This document shows positions 20,327-31,611 of a stretch of DNA of 64,000 nucleotides, in pieces. Below the pieces are notes generated by a model. The model saw only the letters and a list, made by a program, of their open reading frames with translations. It was not told the DNA's origin and did not search any database. Within the stretch, counting starts at the first letter, position 1. Each line of letters begins with the position of its first letter. The stretch comes from Pedobacter sp. GTDB lineage: Bacteria > Bacteroidota > Bacteroidia > Sphingobacteriales > Sphingobacteriaceae. The stretch lies in NCBI GenBank assembly GCA_004211595.1, contig SEDO01000008.1, forward strand, positions 41,835 to 105,834, read 5' to 3'. The translations under genes were made by a program, and so were the position numbers.

Positions 20327-20829
20327 TCTATATAATTCTTAGCGATGTAATCGGCTAATTGATTATTGTCAAATTGATACATGAGCTCTTCTAATTCCCT
20401 TGACCTATCTTTGGGTGTAGTAAATTTTTGTAAATAGGGGAGAACCAATTCTAGAGCGCCAATAAATTTGGATTGTCTAGGTAAATCTGGGTGCGCCAGG
20501 CTATATTGAGTTAAAGCCGCCATGAAACTTAATATATAATCGGTATTATTCTCAAAATAACGAATGTCTTGTTTTTCTAAATAAAATGTATGATGTGGCG
20601 TGCCATTCATCCATTTTATTAAAAATTGACCAGCTTTTCGACGATCAACTTTTTTAAGTTCTAAATCTTGAGTAAGTAAATATTGGGTGGTTTTTAAGAC
20701 CAAGGCTTCGGCATCTTTATATTGAGAGGCTTTATTAAGTTTGATTTTATTTACTTCTGGAAGTTCTTGAGCATAACTCGCAGAAAAAGTAAGGAGATTA
20801 AATAAGCAAAATAAAAGAAGTTTTTTCAC
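20323..20829 (-). CDS. Hypothetical secreted protein
   Basis: 168 aa with a clear signal peptide (...FSASYAQE). No recognisable motif. The start abuts the upstream ftsB-like gene, overlapping its stop codon by 1 nt. Confidence 0.5.
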   Translation of the reverse strand: MKKLLLFCLFNLLTFSASYAQELPEVNKIKLNKASQYKDAEALVLKTTQYLLTQDLELKKVDRRKAGQFLIKWMNGTPHHTFYLEKQDIRYFENNTDYILSFMAALTQYSLAHPDLPRQSKFIGALELVLPYLQKFTTPKDRSRELEELMYQFDNNQLADYIAKNYID

Positions 20830-21134
20830 TATTTTTCTTCTTTTGGTCCTTGATTAACAATTACAAAAACATCTTCATTATCTTTTTTCATGAAGTATTT
20901 TTCTCGTGCAAATTTTTCAGCACTTTGCAAATTACTATCCAGTTCTTTGAGGTCTTGTTTTACTTGTGCAGTTTCTTTCAAATAAAATTCTTTCTCTTCT
21001 TTTAGTTTTTTAACCTTATTACTGTAGCCATATTGCGAAATCATATCGTTACTATCAAAAAACATCATCCACACTCCAAAAATGAGGAGGCTTAGGAAGT
21101 ATTTATTCTTGAAAATTCCAATAATATTTTTCAT
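20829..21134 (-). CDS. Septum-formation initiator (FtsB/DivIC-like) protein
   Basis: 101 aa with a single N-terminal TM helix followed by a coiled coil (KKLKEEKEFYLKETAQVKQDLKEL). It lies downstream of eno, as is common for ftsB. Confidence 0.6.
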   Translation of the reverse strand: MKNIIGIFKNKYFLSLLIFGVWMMFFDSNDMISQYGYSNKVKKLKEEKEFYLKETAQVKQDLKELDSNLQSAEKFAREKYFMKKDNEDVFVIVNQGPKEEK

Positions 21135-21180
21135 TGCTTTTAAATTTAAGGACTTCTATCCACAAAGTTAGGATTAAATT

Positions 21181-21217
21181 AAAAAAAAACACCTGAAGTT
21201 TAAAATCCTCAGGTGTT
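21181..21217 (-). terminator. Rho-independent terminator after eno
   Basis: On the minus strand: AACACCTGAGG...CTTCAGGTGTT stem followed by T9. Confidence 0.8.
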
Positions 21218-21240
21218 AATCAGCTTAAAATAATAAAATA

Positions 21241-22563
<1,323 letters not shown>

Positions 22564-22614
22564 TTAGTGTATAATATACAATTAGTGTCACTAATCAAAG
22601 ATACTCTTTTTCTT

Positions 22615-23169
22615 TTAATTCGATGAACTTCGGGTAATCCAAAAGAAGAATTCTTCTATAAAGGCATGAGCTCTCTTGTGCGTACTTTCAGGATTGATGG
22701 CCTCGCCGTCGGTCGTATATTCCTTGGTGACATTGGGAACCGGGAAATGAGAAGGGATAACCATGGCGCCAATTTTCCATAAACTGAATAGGAGTGAGGT
22801 AATTACTTGGGCGCCTCCAAAATTCCCTCCTGAGACCGTAGCAATCGCTATAGGCTTACGTTTCCACTCGTCATATAGTAAATCCACCACATTTTTTAAG
22901 CTCGCTGGATATCCACCATTATATTCAGGTGTCACTAGTATAATCCCATCCGCATTTTTAATCTGATTAGAAAAATCAATAATATCAGAGGATGGATTTT
23001 CCAAAAACTTCAATCTTTCTTGAAAAATTGGAAAATTATAGGTCATCAAGTCAATCATAATAACTTGACAGTCGGGCTGTGATTTTAATAATTTTTCAAA
23101 AAATAAGGCAACACGATGGCTGGCCCTTCCTTTACGTACGCTGGAAGATAAAATGACGATGTTTTTCAT
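22615..23169 (-). CDS. NADPH-dependent FMN reductase family oxidoreductase
   Basis: Flavodoxin-like fold: SSSVRKGRAS phosphate loop and TPEYNGGYP motif. Confidence 0.75.
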   Translation of the reverse strand: MKNIVILSSSVRKGRASHRVALFFEKLLKSQPDCQVIMIDLMTYNFPIFQERLKFLENPSSDIIDFSNQIKNADGIILVTPEYNGGYPASLKNVVDLLYDEWKRKPIAIATVSGGNFGGAQVITSLLFSLWKIGAMVIPSHFPVPNVTKEYTTDGEAINPESTHKRAHAFIEEFFFWITRSSSN

Positions 23170-23223
23170 AAATTGTATATTGTTTTAAAAATAGCGCTAA
23201 AGCCAAGATAAACAATAAAACAA

Positions 23224-24324
23224 TTATTCCCATTTAAAGGTTTTCACCGCTATGGCATAGATTAGTATTCCCCATAATAAGATGATGCCGATTTGCATTC
23301 TCACGTCCCATAAAGCGGCACCTTCAAATGCAATTTTTCGCATAGCATCATTTAAATAAGTTAAAGGAAGTGCTTTACTAATAGGTTGTAGCCATTTAGG
23401 AAAGGCTTCAATACTAAAAAATGTACCTGATAATAAAAATTGGGGTAAAGTGATAATATTAGATATTGGCGGAATGGTACTTTCAGATTTCGCTAATCCC
23501 GAGACCACAAATCCAAATCCCATAAAAACAATTAAACCTAGAAAGGCTAAAAATAACATGTTGAGCACCGTAATTGCTCCATTTACTAAAGTAAAATTAA
23601 ATAAATAGTGTCCGATTAATATGATAAATAATGCACCACTTAAAGCAAATCCAATTCTGGCGATAGCTTCTCCTAAGATAATACTGGAGCGTCTTACTGG
23701 AGTTGCAAAAAAGCGTTTAATAACCAGATTTTGACGTAAACTAAAAAATACAAAAGCAGTCCCAAAAACTCCTGTACTCAACAATGAAAATCCTAATTGA
23801 CCAGGTAAAATGAAGTCTATAGTTCTATACTCTCTCCCTTTCACCGTGGTACCTCTGATTTCCATGACCTGAGCTTTTTGAGTATCCGAATTTAAGGAAT
23901 AGCTAAGTTCATTTAATAAGGATTTTAATACTTGGCCATAATCTAATGACGCGGTAGTATACTGTACATGTGCAATATACTTCGGCATGGAATCAGTATT
24001 CACCTCAACCCTTAACAAAGCATCAATATTGCCTTTTTCTAGTTTCTTTTGAACATCAATGGCATCAGTATAGGGTACCGTCCGAACAACTTCTGACTTC
24101 TTCAAGCTAGTGATGATTGGGTTTTGTATATCGGATTTAGGATCAACTGAAATGGAGATTTTCATGCCGCCTCCCCCAATAAATCCAAAAACTAGAATAA
24201 AAATTAATGGAAATGCCAAGGTGAATACCACAGCAGAGGGACTCCTCGAAATGGATCTCAAACTGGCTTTTGCAATGGCTAAGGTTGCTTTTAAATGATT
24301 ATATTTTTTTAACTCTCTCGCCAT
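23224..24324 (-). CDS. ABC-2 type exporter permease
   Basis: N-terminal TM helix, a large external loop, then five C-terminal TM helices. It overlaps the upstream ATPase gene by 16 nt. Confidence 0.8.
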   Translation of the reverse strand: MARELKKYNHLKATLAIAKASLRSISRSPSAVVFTLAFPLIFILVFGFIGGGGMKISISVDPKSDIQNPIITSLKKSEVVRTVPYTDAIDVQKKLEKGNIDALLRVEVNTDSMPKYIAHVQYTTASLDYGQVLKSLLNELSYSLNSDTQKAQVMEIRGTTVKGREYRTIDFILPGQLGFSLLSTGVFGTAFVFFSLRQNLVIKRFFATPVRRSSIILGEAIARIGFALSGALFIILIGHYLFNFTLVNGAITVLNMLFLAFLGLIVFMGFGFVVSGLAKSESTIPPISNIITLPQFLLSGTFFSIEAFPKWLQPISKALPLTYLNDAMRKIAFEGAALWDVRMQIGIILLWGILIYAIAVKTFKWE

Positions 24325-25073
24325 TCTTTTCCTGTTAAGTTGATGAATACGTCTTCTAGGTTTGCTTTTTTAACTTCTTTTTTGCGTTCAAATCCACTTG
24401 CAACTAATTGATCAATAAGATTATCAGGAGTATCTAAGGCAATAATTTTTCCATGTTCAATAAACGCAACGCGATCACATAATTGTTCTGCCTCGTCCAT
24501 GTAATGTGTTGTAATTACTACAGTGGTACCCGAATTTCTGATGTCATTAATTAAATCCCACAAGTTGCGACGCGCTTGTGGATCTAAACCCGTTGTAGGT
24601 TCATCTAAAAAGATTATTTTAGGGGAGTTAATTAAAGTGGTCGCAATAGAAAAGCGCTGCTTTTGCCCGCCTGATAATGACTTATATTGGGCCTTAGCTT
24701 TATCTTGTAAATTTACCTTCTGTAGCATTTCTAAAGGATTTATTTTTACCCCATATAACCCTGAAAAAAGATCTAAAAGTTCTGTTAAATTTAAATTAGG
24801 ATAATAGCCAGCAGATTGCAACTGAACACCTATTATTTGCTTAATGGCATTGGCGTCCGAATCGATTGAATATCCATCTACGGTAATATCTCCAGCAGTT
24901 TTGGTACGAAGTGACTCAATTATTTCTAGCGTAGTAGTTTTTCCGGCACCATTTGGACCTAAAAGACCAAATATTTCATTTTCGAACACCTCAAAGCTAA
25001 TCCCATTTACGGCTTTAAAATCCTCGTAATGCTTTACTAAATTTACTACTTGAATAATAGGTTTAGAAGTCAT
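24309..25073 (-). CDS. ABC transporter ATP-binding protein (DrrA/CcmA-like)
   Basis: Walker A GPNGAGKTT, signature LSGGQKQR and Walker B IFLDEPTTGLD. Confidence 0.9.
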   Translation of the reverse strand: MTSKPIIQVVNLVKHYEDFKAVNGISFEVFENEIFGLLGPNGAGKTTTLEIIESLRTKTAGDITVDGYSIDSDANAIKQIIGVQLQSAGYYPNLNLTELLDLFSGLYGVKINPLEMLQKVNLQDKAKAQYKSLSGGQKQRFSIATTLINSPKIIFLDEPTTGLDPQARRNLWDLINDIRNSGTTVVITTHYMDEAEQLCDRVAFIEHGKIIALDTPDNLIDQLVASGFERKKEVKKANLEDVFINLTGKEWRES

Positions 25074-25082
25074 AAGAATATA

Positions 25083-26195
25083 CTACCAAACTAATTTACC
25101 ATCAATCAAATCCACAAAGTCATCGAATAAGTAACGAGAATCATGGGGGCCTGGGGAAGATTCTGGATGATATTGCACAGAAAATGCTTTTTTCCCTTTA
25201 ACACGGATACCTTCAATAGATTCGTCATTTAAATTCACGTGGGTAATTTCCACGCGATCCGATTTTTTAACTTCTTCAGGAATTACACCAAATCCGTGGT
25301 TCTGAGAAGTAACCTCACAGTGATTTTTAATGATATTTTTAACAGGATGGTTTAAGCCTCGGTGCCCATTAAACATTTTCATAGTGCCAATCTCATTCGC
25401 TTCGGCTAATAACTGATGGCCTAAACAAATTCCGAATAATGGTTTGTCTGCAGCTAAAATTTCTTTTACAGTATCGATTGCATAAGGCATCGCTGAAGGA
25501 TCTCCAGGGCCATTAGAAATAAAATATCCATTTGCTCCCCACGCATCCATCGTTTGAAAAGAGGTTTTTGCAGGAAAAACTTTTACAAAAATGTCTCTAT
25601 CCTGAAAATTTCTGAGAATATTTTTTTTAATACCTAAATCTAAGGCAGCCACTTTTAATCGAGCTTTTGGATCCCCAAATTCATAGGCCTCTTTTGTGGT
25701 AACTTGTGAAGAAAGCTCTAAACCTGACATGGATGGCACAGCATCTAATTTAGCTTTGAGTTCTTTTAAATCCGAAATTTCTGATGAAATGATTGCATTC
25801 ATAGCCCCCTTGTTGCGAATATGTTGAACTAATGCACGCGTATCTACTTCGCATATACCTACAATATTTTCATTTTGAAAATTATCTTGGATTGATTCTT
25901 TAGCTTCTTTTCGGGAATATTGTATATTGAAATTTTTACAGACTAATCCAGCAATTTGAATTACTTCTGATTCAATTTCATCCGTATGCATACCATAGTT
26001 TCCGATATGAGCATTTGTGGTCACCATAATTTGCCCAAAATAAGAAGGGTCGGTAAATACTTCTTGATAACCAGTCATACCTGTGTTAAAACAGATCTCA
26101 CCGGTTGTAGTGCCAATTTTTCCGGCAGCTTTACCATAAAATACAGTGCCATCAGCAAGTAACAAAATTGCAGGCAACTTGGTGTAATTAGTCAT
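25083..26195 (-). CDS. carA: Carbamoyl-phosphate synthase small (glutaminase) subunit
   Basis: CPSase small-chain N-domain plus a class-I GATase with the catalytic GICLGHQLL and HPE motifs. Confidence 0.93.
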   Translation of the reverse strand: MTNYTKLPAILLLADGTVFYGKAAGKIGTTTGEICFNTGMTGYQEVFTDPSYFGQIMVTTNAHIGNYGMHTDEIESEVIQIAGLVCKNFNIQYSRKEAKESIQDNFQNENIVGICEVDTRALVQHIRNKGAMNAIISSEISDLKELKAKLDAVPSMSGLELSSQVTTKEAYEFGDPKARLKVAALDLGIKKNILRNFQDRDIFVKVFPAKTSFQTMDAWGANGYFISNGPGDPSAMPYAIDTVKEILAADKPLFGICLGHQLLAEANEIGTMKMFNGHRGLNHPVKNIIKNHCEVTSQNHGFGVIPEEVKKSDRVEITHVNLNDESIEGIRVKGKKAFSVQYHPESSPGPHDSRYLFDDFVDLIDGKLVW

Positions 26196-26399
26196 TTGGA
26201 ATCAAATAGGGGTTAAACGAAAAATTTTCCTGAATGCGGAAAATTTGGGAGTTAAAAAAAATAAAAAAAAGAGTGTTTTGAACGGGAATCCCGTTTAAAA
26301 AGGATAAAACTTCATTCTGTTTGAACGCACTCATTTCGGGTTACAAAGATAGCTATTTAAATATTATTTTTTATTTTAATTTTGTTTAAAAATTAAGAC

Positions 26400-27215
26400 A
26401 TGTCAGTAAATAAAGAAATAAAACGCATCACCACGCACATTTTGCAAGAAATGAAGAATCGTGGGGAGAAGATTGCAATGTTAACAGCCTATGATTTTTC
26501 AATGGCTACCATATTGGATGATGCTGGTTTAGATGTACTATTAGTAGGGGATTCTGCCTCTAATGTTATGGCTGGACATGAAACTACCTTGCCAATTACG
26601 TTAGATCAAATGATTTATCATGCACAATCCGTGGTAAGAGGTGCTTCTAGAGCATTTGTAGTGGTGGATTTGCCATTCGGGTCATATCAAGGCAACTCCT
26701 TAGAAGCATTAAATTCGGCAATTCGGATAATGAAAGAATCAGGTGCTCATGGTGTAAAATTAGAAGGCGGAGCAGAAGTGGTCGAATCCATTCAACGTAT
26801 TATAACAGCTGGTATACCAGTAATGGGCCACTTGGGGTTAACTCCCCAATCTATTTATAAGTTTGGTACCTATACAGTAAGAGCAAAAGATGAAGCGGAA
26901 GCTGCAAAATTAAAAACCGATATAATAGCGTTACAAGAAGCTGGTTGTTTTGCGGTGGTCTTGGAAAAAATACCTGCAAAACTCGCTAAAGAAGTCAGCC
27001 AATTAATTCAAATTCCTACCATAGGAATTGGTGCTGGTCCTGATTGTGACGGCCAAGTATTAGTGGTAAATGACATGATTGGATTAACTAAAGGATTTAG
27101 ACCTCGTTTTCTAAGACAATATTTAGATTTATATGCAGGCATTAAAGATGCCGCTCAAAGCTATATTCAAGATGTGAAATCTAAAGATTTTCCTAACGAA
27201 AAAGAACAATACTAA
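26400..27215 (+). CDS. panB: 3-methyl-2-oxobutanoate hydroxymethyltransferase
   Basis: PanB motifs LTAYD, LVGDS and KLEGG. Confidence 0.93.
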   Translation: MSVNKEIKRITTHILQEMKNRGEKIAMLTAYDFSMATILDDAGLDVLLVGDSASNVMAGHETTLPITLDQMIYHAQSVVRGASRAFVVVDLPFGSYQGNSLEALNSAIRIMKESGAHGVKLEGGAEVVESIQRIITAGIPVMGHLGLTPQSIYKFGTYTVRAKDEAEAAKLKTDIIALQEAGCFAVVLEKIPAKLAKEVSQLIQIPTIGIGAGPDCDGQVLVVNDMIGLTKGFRPRFLRQYLDLYAGIKDAAQSYIQDVKSKDFPNEKEQY

Positions 27216-27245
27216 CCCTAGCTAAAATTCGAGAAAGAGAAAGAA

Positions 27246-27941
27246 ATGCCAATAACGGAGCAGGATGTCTTATATGAAGACAATCATTTAATAGCCATTA
27301 ATAAAAGAGCAGGTGATATTGTACAAGTCGATGAAACAGGAGATGAACCATTAGATGAACAAGTAAAAAAGTATTTAGTAAAAAAGTACAATAAGCCAAA
27401 CGCTGCTTTTCTAGGCGTAGTACATCGTTTAGATAGACCTGTTAGTGGAGTAATATTATTTGCTAAAACTTCTAAAGCTTTGGAACGTATGAATTTGCAG
27501 TTTAAAACGAGAGAAGTGCAAAAAACTTATTTTGCTGTAGTAAAGAAGAAACCATTGGTGCATGCTGGCAAATTAGTACACTGGTTAATTAAAAATCCCC
27601 AGAAAAATGTGGTAACTGCTTACGACAAGGAAGTACCAAATGCACAACGTTCTGAATTAGATTATCAATTATTAGGAGAATTAGGTGGATATTATTTAAT
27701 ACAAGTGAATCCCTTAACCGGTAGATCCCATCAAATTCGAGTACAACTTTCTACATTAAATTGTCCCATTGTGGGGGATAATAAATATGGTTATCCAAGA
27801 GGGAGTAGAAAAGGGAGTATTTGTTTGCATGCTAGGCAATTGGAATTTATTCATCCGATTCAAAAAATACATGTAAAAATATTTGCCAAACTTCCTAAAG
27901 ATGGCTTTTGGGAGAGGTTTGAGGAGTTTAAAATTATTTAA
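27246..27941 (+). CDS. RluA-family RNA pseudouridine synthase
   Basis: Catalytic HRLDRPVSG motif and TGRSHQIRVQ motif. At 231 aa there is no S4 domain. Confidence 0.85.
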   Translation: MPITEQDVLYEDNHLIAINKRAGDIVQVDETGDEPLDEQVKKYLVKKYNKPNAAFLGVVHRLDRPVSGVILFAKTSKALERMNLQFKTREVQKTYFAVVKKKPLVHAGKLVHWLIKNPQKNVVTAYDKEVPNAQRSELDYQLLGELGGYYLIQVNPLTGRSHQIRVQLSTLNCPIVGDNKYGYPRGSRKGSICLHARQLEFIHPIQKIHVKIFAKLPKDGFWERFEEFKII

Positions 27942-28036
27942 TATTTTTATTTAACAATTTTTAACAGCTAAATTATATTCTAAGTTGTTGAATATGTAAT
28001 CTTATAGCTAATTTTGGATAAAAAAATAATATAAAT

Positions 28037-28501
28037 ATGAAACGAAAAATTTTTTCAGTTTTAACGCTAGCAGCAGTCATTAGTTTAACCTTTGCTTGTA
28101 AAAGTGATAAGAAAGCTGACACAGACAATCAAACCGATTCTTTAGCCATGGTTAATGAGGCAGATTCGGCTGGATTATTTGCAAAAGTAGATTCTGCAAA
28201 AGTTGGAAGTGGAGCTGCGATAATTAATGTAGAGCATACTAGACCGGTTGTGTTGCCTATATTTTCTAGTGAAACTGTAAATACTGGATTAGCTAAGTTT
28301 GAGCCACTTCGTAAAGAATTGGAGGCGGCCATTGCAGCTAATGACGAAACCAAAATTTCAGCTTTATCAAAAAGCTTTACAGCATGGGTAATGGAAGCCT
28401 CAACTTATGGTGAAAAATTAACTAAAGATGAAAACCAAATTTACATTGATACCTATAGTAAAATGGTATTACAATGGGAAAAATTGATGGCTTCTAAATA
28501 A
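28037..28501 (+). CDS. Hypothetical lipoprotein
   Basis: Signal peptide with lipobox LTFAC. Function unknown. Confidence 0.5.
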   Translation: MKRKIFSVLTLAAVISLTFACKSDKKADTDNQTDSLAMVNEADSAGLFAKVDSAKVGSGAAIINVEHTRPVVLPIFSSETVNTGLAKFEPLRKELEAAIAANDETKISALSKSFTAWVMEASTYGEKLTKDENQIYIDTYSKMVLQWEKLMASK

Positions 28502-28530
28502 GACTTTACTTATAAAGTGAAAATATAGCA

Positions 28531-28560
28531 AAGACGTAATCTCATAATTACGTCTTTTTT
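28531..28560 (+). terminator. Rho-independent terminator
   Basis: Stem AAGACGTAAT / ATTACGTCTT with a 6-nt loop, followed by a T-run. Confidence 0.8.
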
Positions 28561-28689
28561 AATGCCTAATATTTATAAGATATACAATAAGTAATTGATA
28601 GCAAGATACTTATTTTTTCTTAACTATTTAAAACCTTTCTAAATTGTTCCAAATTACAGCTTAATGACAGTACATATACCTCGTCTTGT

Positions 28690-28697
28690 TACTTTTG
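28690..28697 (+). promoter_or_regulatory. Candidate Bacteroidota sigma-A -7 box upstream of hemA
   Basis: TACTTTTG matches the TAnnTTTG -7 consensus, 29 nt upstream of the hemA TTG start. No clean -33 TTTG was seen. Confidence 0.35.
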
Positions 28698-28725
28698 TAC
28701 ATTAAAAATAAACAAGATTTATCCA

Positions 28726-29955
28726 TTGGAATATTTAAAGGTAATTGCATTTACGCATAAACACATTGATCTAAAAGCCTTAGGGCGATTAGTTATTTGT
28801 GAAGAATCGCTTGATGAGAGATTAAAATGTATCCAAGCCGAGTTAAATATTAAAGAAATATTTTATGTCGGCACATGTAATCGGGTCGAGTTTATTTTTA
28901 CTGCAGATCAATCAATAAATCGGGCATTCATTGAAAAATTTCTGAATACCCTTAATATGGGTTTACCTTCAGAACATTTACAGCAGTTCATAGATAATGT
29001 TTCAATTTATGAACAAATAGATGCTTTTAATCACTTACTTCGTACCTCTTGTTCCTTAGAAAGTTTAGTAGTAGGCGAAAAGGAAATTTTAGCTCAATTA
29101 AGAAAAGCCTATGAGGCATGTCGAAAGGCTGGATTTACAGGGGATTACATGAGAATGATTATGAATAGGGTGGTAAAAACAGCGAAAGAAGTTTATACAT
29201 TAACTAAAATATCTAAGAATCCAGTTTCTGTAGTATCTTTAGCTTATCGCAAATTAAAAGCACTTAATTTAAATCCCCAAGCTCGAATTTTAATTATAGG
29301 TGCTGGAGAAACAAATCAAAATATAGCGCAATATTTAAAGAAACATAAATATGCCAATTTCTCCGTGTTTAATAGAAGCTTATCAAAAGCTCAGACGCTA
29401 GCTGCATCATTAAACTCCAATCAAGCTTTTACACTTCCAGAATTAGCTAGTTATAAAAATGGTTTCGATGTAATCATAACATGTACTGGGGCTACAAACC
29501 ACATTTTAACCGAAGAACTTTATGTTAAATTGCTAAACGGAGATAACACCAAAAAGGTTATTGTCGATTTAGCGGTTCCAAACGATGTTGATCCAACTGT
29601 AATTGCTAAATATCCAATAAGTTATATCGAAGTTGAGTCTTTAAAAGAAACTGCCCGAAAAAATATCGAAGAGCGCTACAAAGAACTAATTCATGCTGAG
29701 CAAATTATTGCTGAAAATATAGAAGAATTCAAATCAGTCTTAAAGCAACGTCAAATAGAATTGGCGATGAGTGACGTCCCTAAAAAGATTAAGGAAATTA
29801 AAAATACTGCTCTTCATGGCGTGTTTGCAGATGATATCAATAATTTAGATGAAAATGCAAAAGCAGTACTCGCAAAAGTTATGGATTACATGGAGAAAAA
29901 GTGCATAAGCGTACCAATGGTAATGGCCAAAGAAATTCTAGTTAAGAATAGTTAA
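28726..29955 (+). CDS. hemA: Glutamyl-tRNA reductase
   Basis: Active-site region GTCNRVEF, LVVGEKEILAQL, and the NADPH-binding IIGAGETN motif. TTG start. It is the first gene of a heme cluster. Confidence 0.85.
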   Translation: MEYLKVIAFTHKHIDLKALGRLVICEESLDERLKCIQAELNIKEIFYVGTCNRVEFIFTADQSINRAFIEKFLNTLNMGLPSEHLQQFIDNVSIYEQIDAFNHLLRTSCSLESLVVGEKEILAQLRKAYEACRKAGFTGDYMRMIMNRVVKTAKEVYTLTKISKNPVSVVSLAYRKLKALNLNPQARILIIGAGETNQNIAQYLKKHKYANFSVFNRSLSKAQTLAASLNSNQAFTLPELASYKNGFDVIITCTGATNHILTEELYVKLLNGDNTKKVIVDLAVPNDVDPTVIAKYPISYIEVESLKETARKNIEERYKELIHAEQIIAENIEEFKSVLKQRQIELAMSDVPKKIKEIKNTALHGVFADDINNLDENAKAVLAKVMDYMEKKCISVPMVMAKEILVKNS

Positions 29956-30023
29956 GCTAGACAGGTATTTTCATCGCTTCTTTACTTAAAATAAGTTAAA
30001 TTTGCTCAAAATCAGAATATACG

Positions 30024-31601
30024 GTGAAGAAAATTATAATCGGCACACGAGGAAGTGATTTGGCTTTATGGCAAGCCAATTATACAAAAGATTTACTTGC
30101 TCAAATCGGTATTGAATCCGAGTTAAAAATTATTAAAACTCAAGGAGATAAAATCCTTAACTTAAGATTAGACAAATTAGAAGGAAAAGGATTTTTCACC
30201 AAGGAGTTGGAAGAAGAACTAATGAATGGGAACATTGATTTAGCTGTTCATTCCCATAAGGATTTGCCAACTGAGCATCCTCCAGGCTTAATTATTGCTG
30301 CAGTACCTGAAAGAGAAGATCCCTCGGAATTATTATTGATTTTGAAAGATTGCGTCCATATAGGACAAAAATTATCGCTTAAAACTGGCGCCATGGTAGG
30401 CACTTCATCCAATCGTCGTAAAGCCCAATTATTAGCCTTAAGACCAGATTTAAATATTGAAGATTTACGTGGAAATGTACCTACCAGAATTCAAAAATTA
30501 AGAGATGAAGATTATGATGCTATCGTATTAGCTAAAGCAGGGGTAAATCGGTTGCAGATAGATTTATCTGAATTTCATGTAGAAGTTTTAGATCCTACTG
30601 AATTGGTGCCTGCGCCTGCTCAAGGTGCTTTAGCTATCCAAATTAGAGAAACTGATACAGCCTTGTTTAATGCCTTGCAAGCTATTCATCATTTAGAAAC
30701 AGCAGAAACTATTGCCGTAGAAAGAAAGGTGCTTAATTTGTTCCAAGGAGGCTGTCATATGCCCCTGGGATGTTACTGTAAACGTGAAAATGGAAAGATA
30801 GAAGTTTGGACTGCAAAAGCAGAAGATGCAGAAGATTTTCCAGATCGTTTATTTTTAAGAGTAGATACTACGGATAATTTAGCCGAGAATATTGTTACTA
30901 AATTTAGTAAAGAACGAAAGCGACCTGCAAAAGTATTTATTTCGCGTGATATAAGTGAAAATTCATATTTCCGGAAAGCATTGGAAAAGCATCAAATAGA
31001 AATTGAAGATCGCTCTTTAATTCGAACTTTTCCCATTGTAAATCATATTGATCCATTCTTTTTGAAAAATCTTAATTGGATTGTTTTTAGCAGTCGTAAT
31101 GGAGTAGAATATTTCTTTAAGCTAAATCCAGTACTTCCTAAAAAAATACAATTTGCCGTAGTGGGAAGAGGATCTGAAGACTCACTTCGTCGCTGTGGTT
31201 ATAAAGCAGACTTTGTAGGTGAAGGAGGAGATATTGAAGGCATAGCCGTGGAGCTTGCTAAGCAAGTGGAGGGTAGTACAGTATTATTCCCTAGAGCACA
31301 AGATTCCTTATTAACCATGCAAAAGTTTTTAACTCCAAGCACTAAAGTAGTAGATTTTCCTATTTACGAAACGGTTATTGAAGAAGCAGTAGATAGAAGT
31401 TCAGCGGATGTGTTGATTTTTACAAGTCCATCTAATGTTGACGCCTATTTTGCAGAGAATTTATTAGAGCCCGAGCAAAAAGTTATTGCTATTGGGAATT
31501 CTACAGGGAGAAAATTTGAAGAGATGGGTGTAAGCTATACATTACCATATTCTCCAGATGAAATTGGGTTAGCCGAAGCTGTATTTGGGCTTAACCATTA
31601 A
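30024..31601 (+). CDS. hemC: Fused hydroxymethylbilane synthase / uroporphyrinogen-III synthase
   Basis: The N-terminal ~300 aa are HemC (IGTRGSDLALWQA, GNVPTRIQKL, and the cofactor Cys in GGCHMPLG). The C-terminal ~220 aa are HemD-like (two Rossmann-like halves, FTSPSNV). GTG start. Confidence 0.85.
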   Translation: MKKIIIGTRGSDLALWQANYTKDLLAQIGIESELKIIKTQGDKILNLRLDKLEGKGFFTKELEEELMNGNIDLAVHSHKDLPTEHPPGLIIAAVPEREDPSELLLILKDCVHIGQKLSLKTGAMVGTSSNRRKAQLLALRPDLNIEDLRGNVPTRIQKLRDEDYDAIVLAKAGVNRLQIDLSEFHVEVLDPTELVPAPAQGALAIQIRETDTALFNALQAIHHLETAETIAVERKVLNLFQGGCHMPLGCYCKRENGKIEVWTAKAEDAEDFPDRLFLRVDTTDNLAENIVTKFSKERKRPAKVFISRDISENSYFRKALEKHQIEIEDRSLIRTFPIVNHIDPFFLKNLNWIVFSSRNGVEYFFKLNPVLPKKIQFAVVGRGSEDSLRRCGYKADFVGEGGDIEGIAVELAKQVEGSTVLFPRAQDSLLTMQKFLTPSTKVVDFPIYETVIEEAVDRSSADVLIFTSPSNVDAYFAENLLEPEQKVIAIGNSTGRKFEEMGVSYTLPYSPDEIGLAEAVFGLNH

Positions 31602-31611
31602 AAAATAAATC

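Noticed and set aside
26270-26300. Small hairpin AACGGG-AAT-CCCGTT in the carA/panB divergent spacer as a pyrimidine attenuator
   Set aside because: It has only a 6-bp stem and a 3-nt loop, with no adjoining U-run and no PyrR-binding-loop-like sequence. It is indistinguishable from chance.
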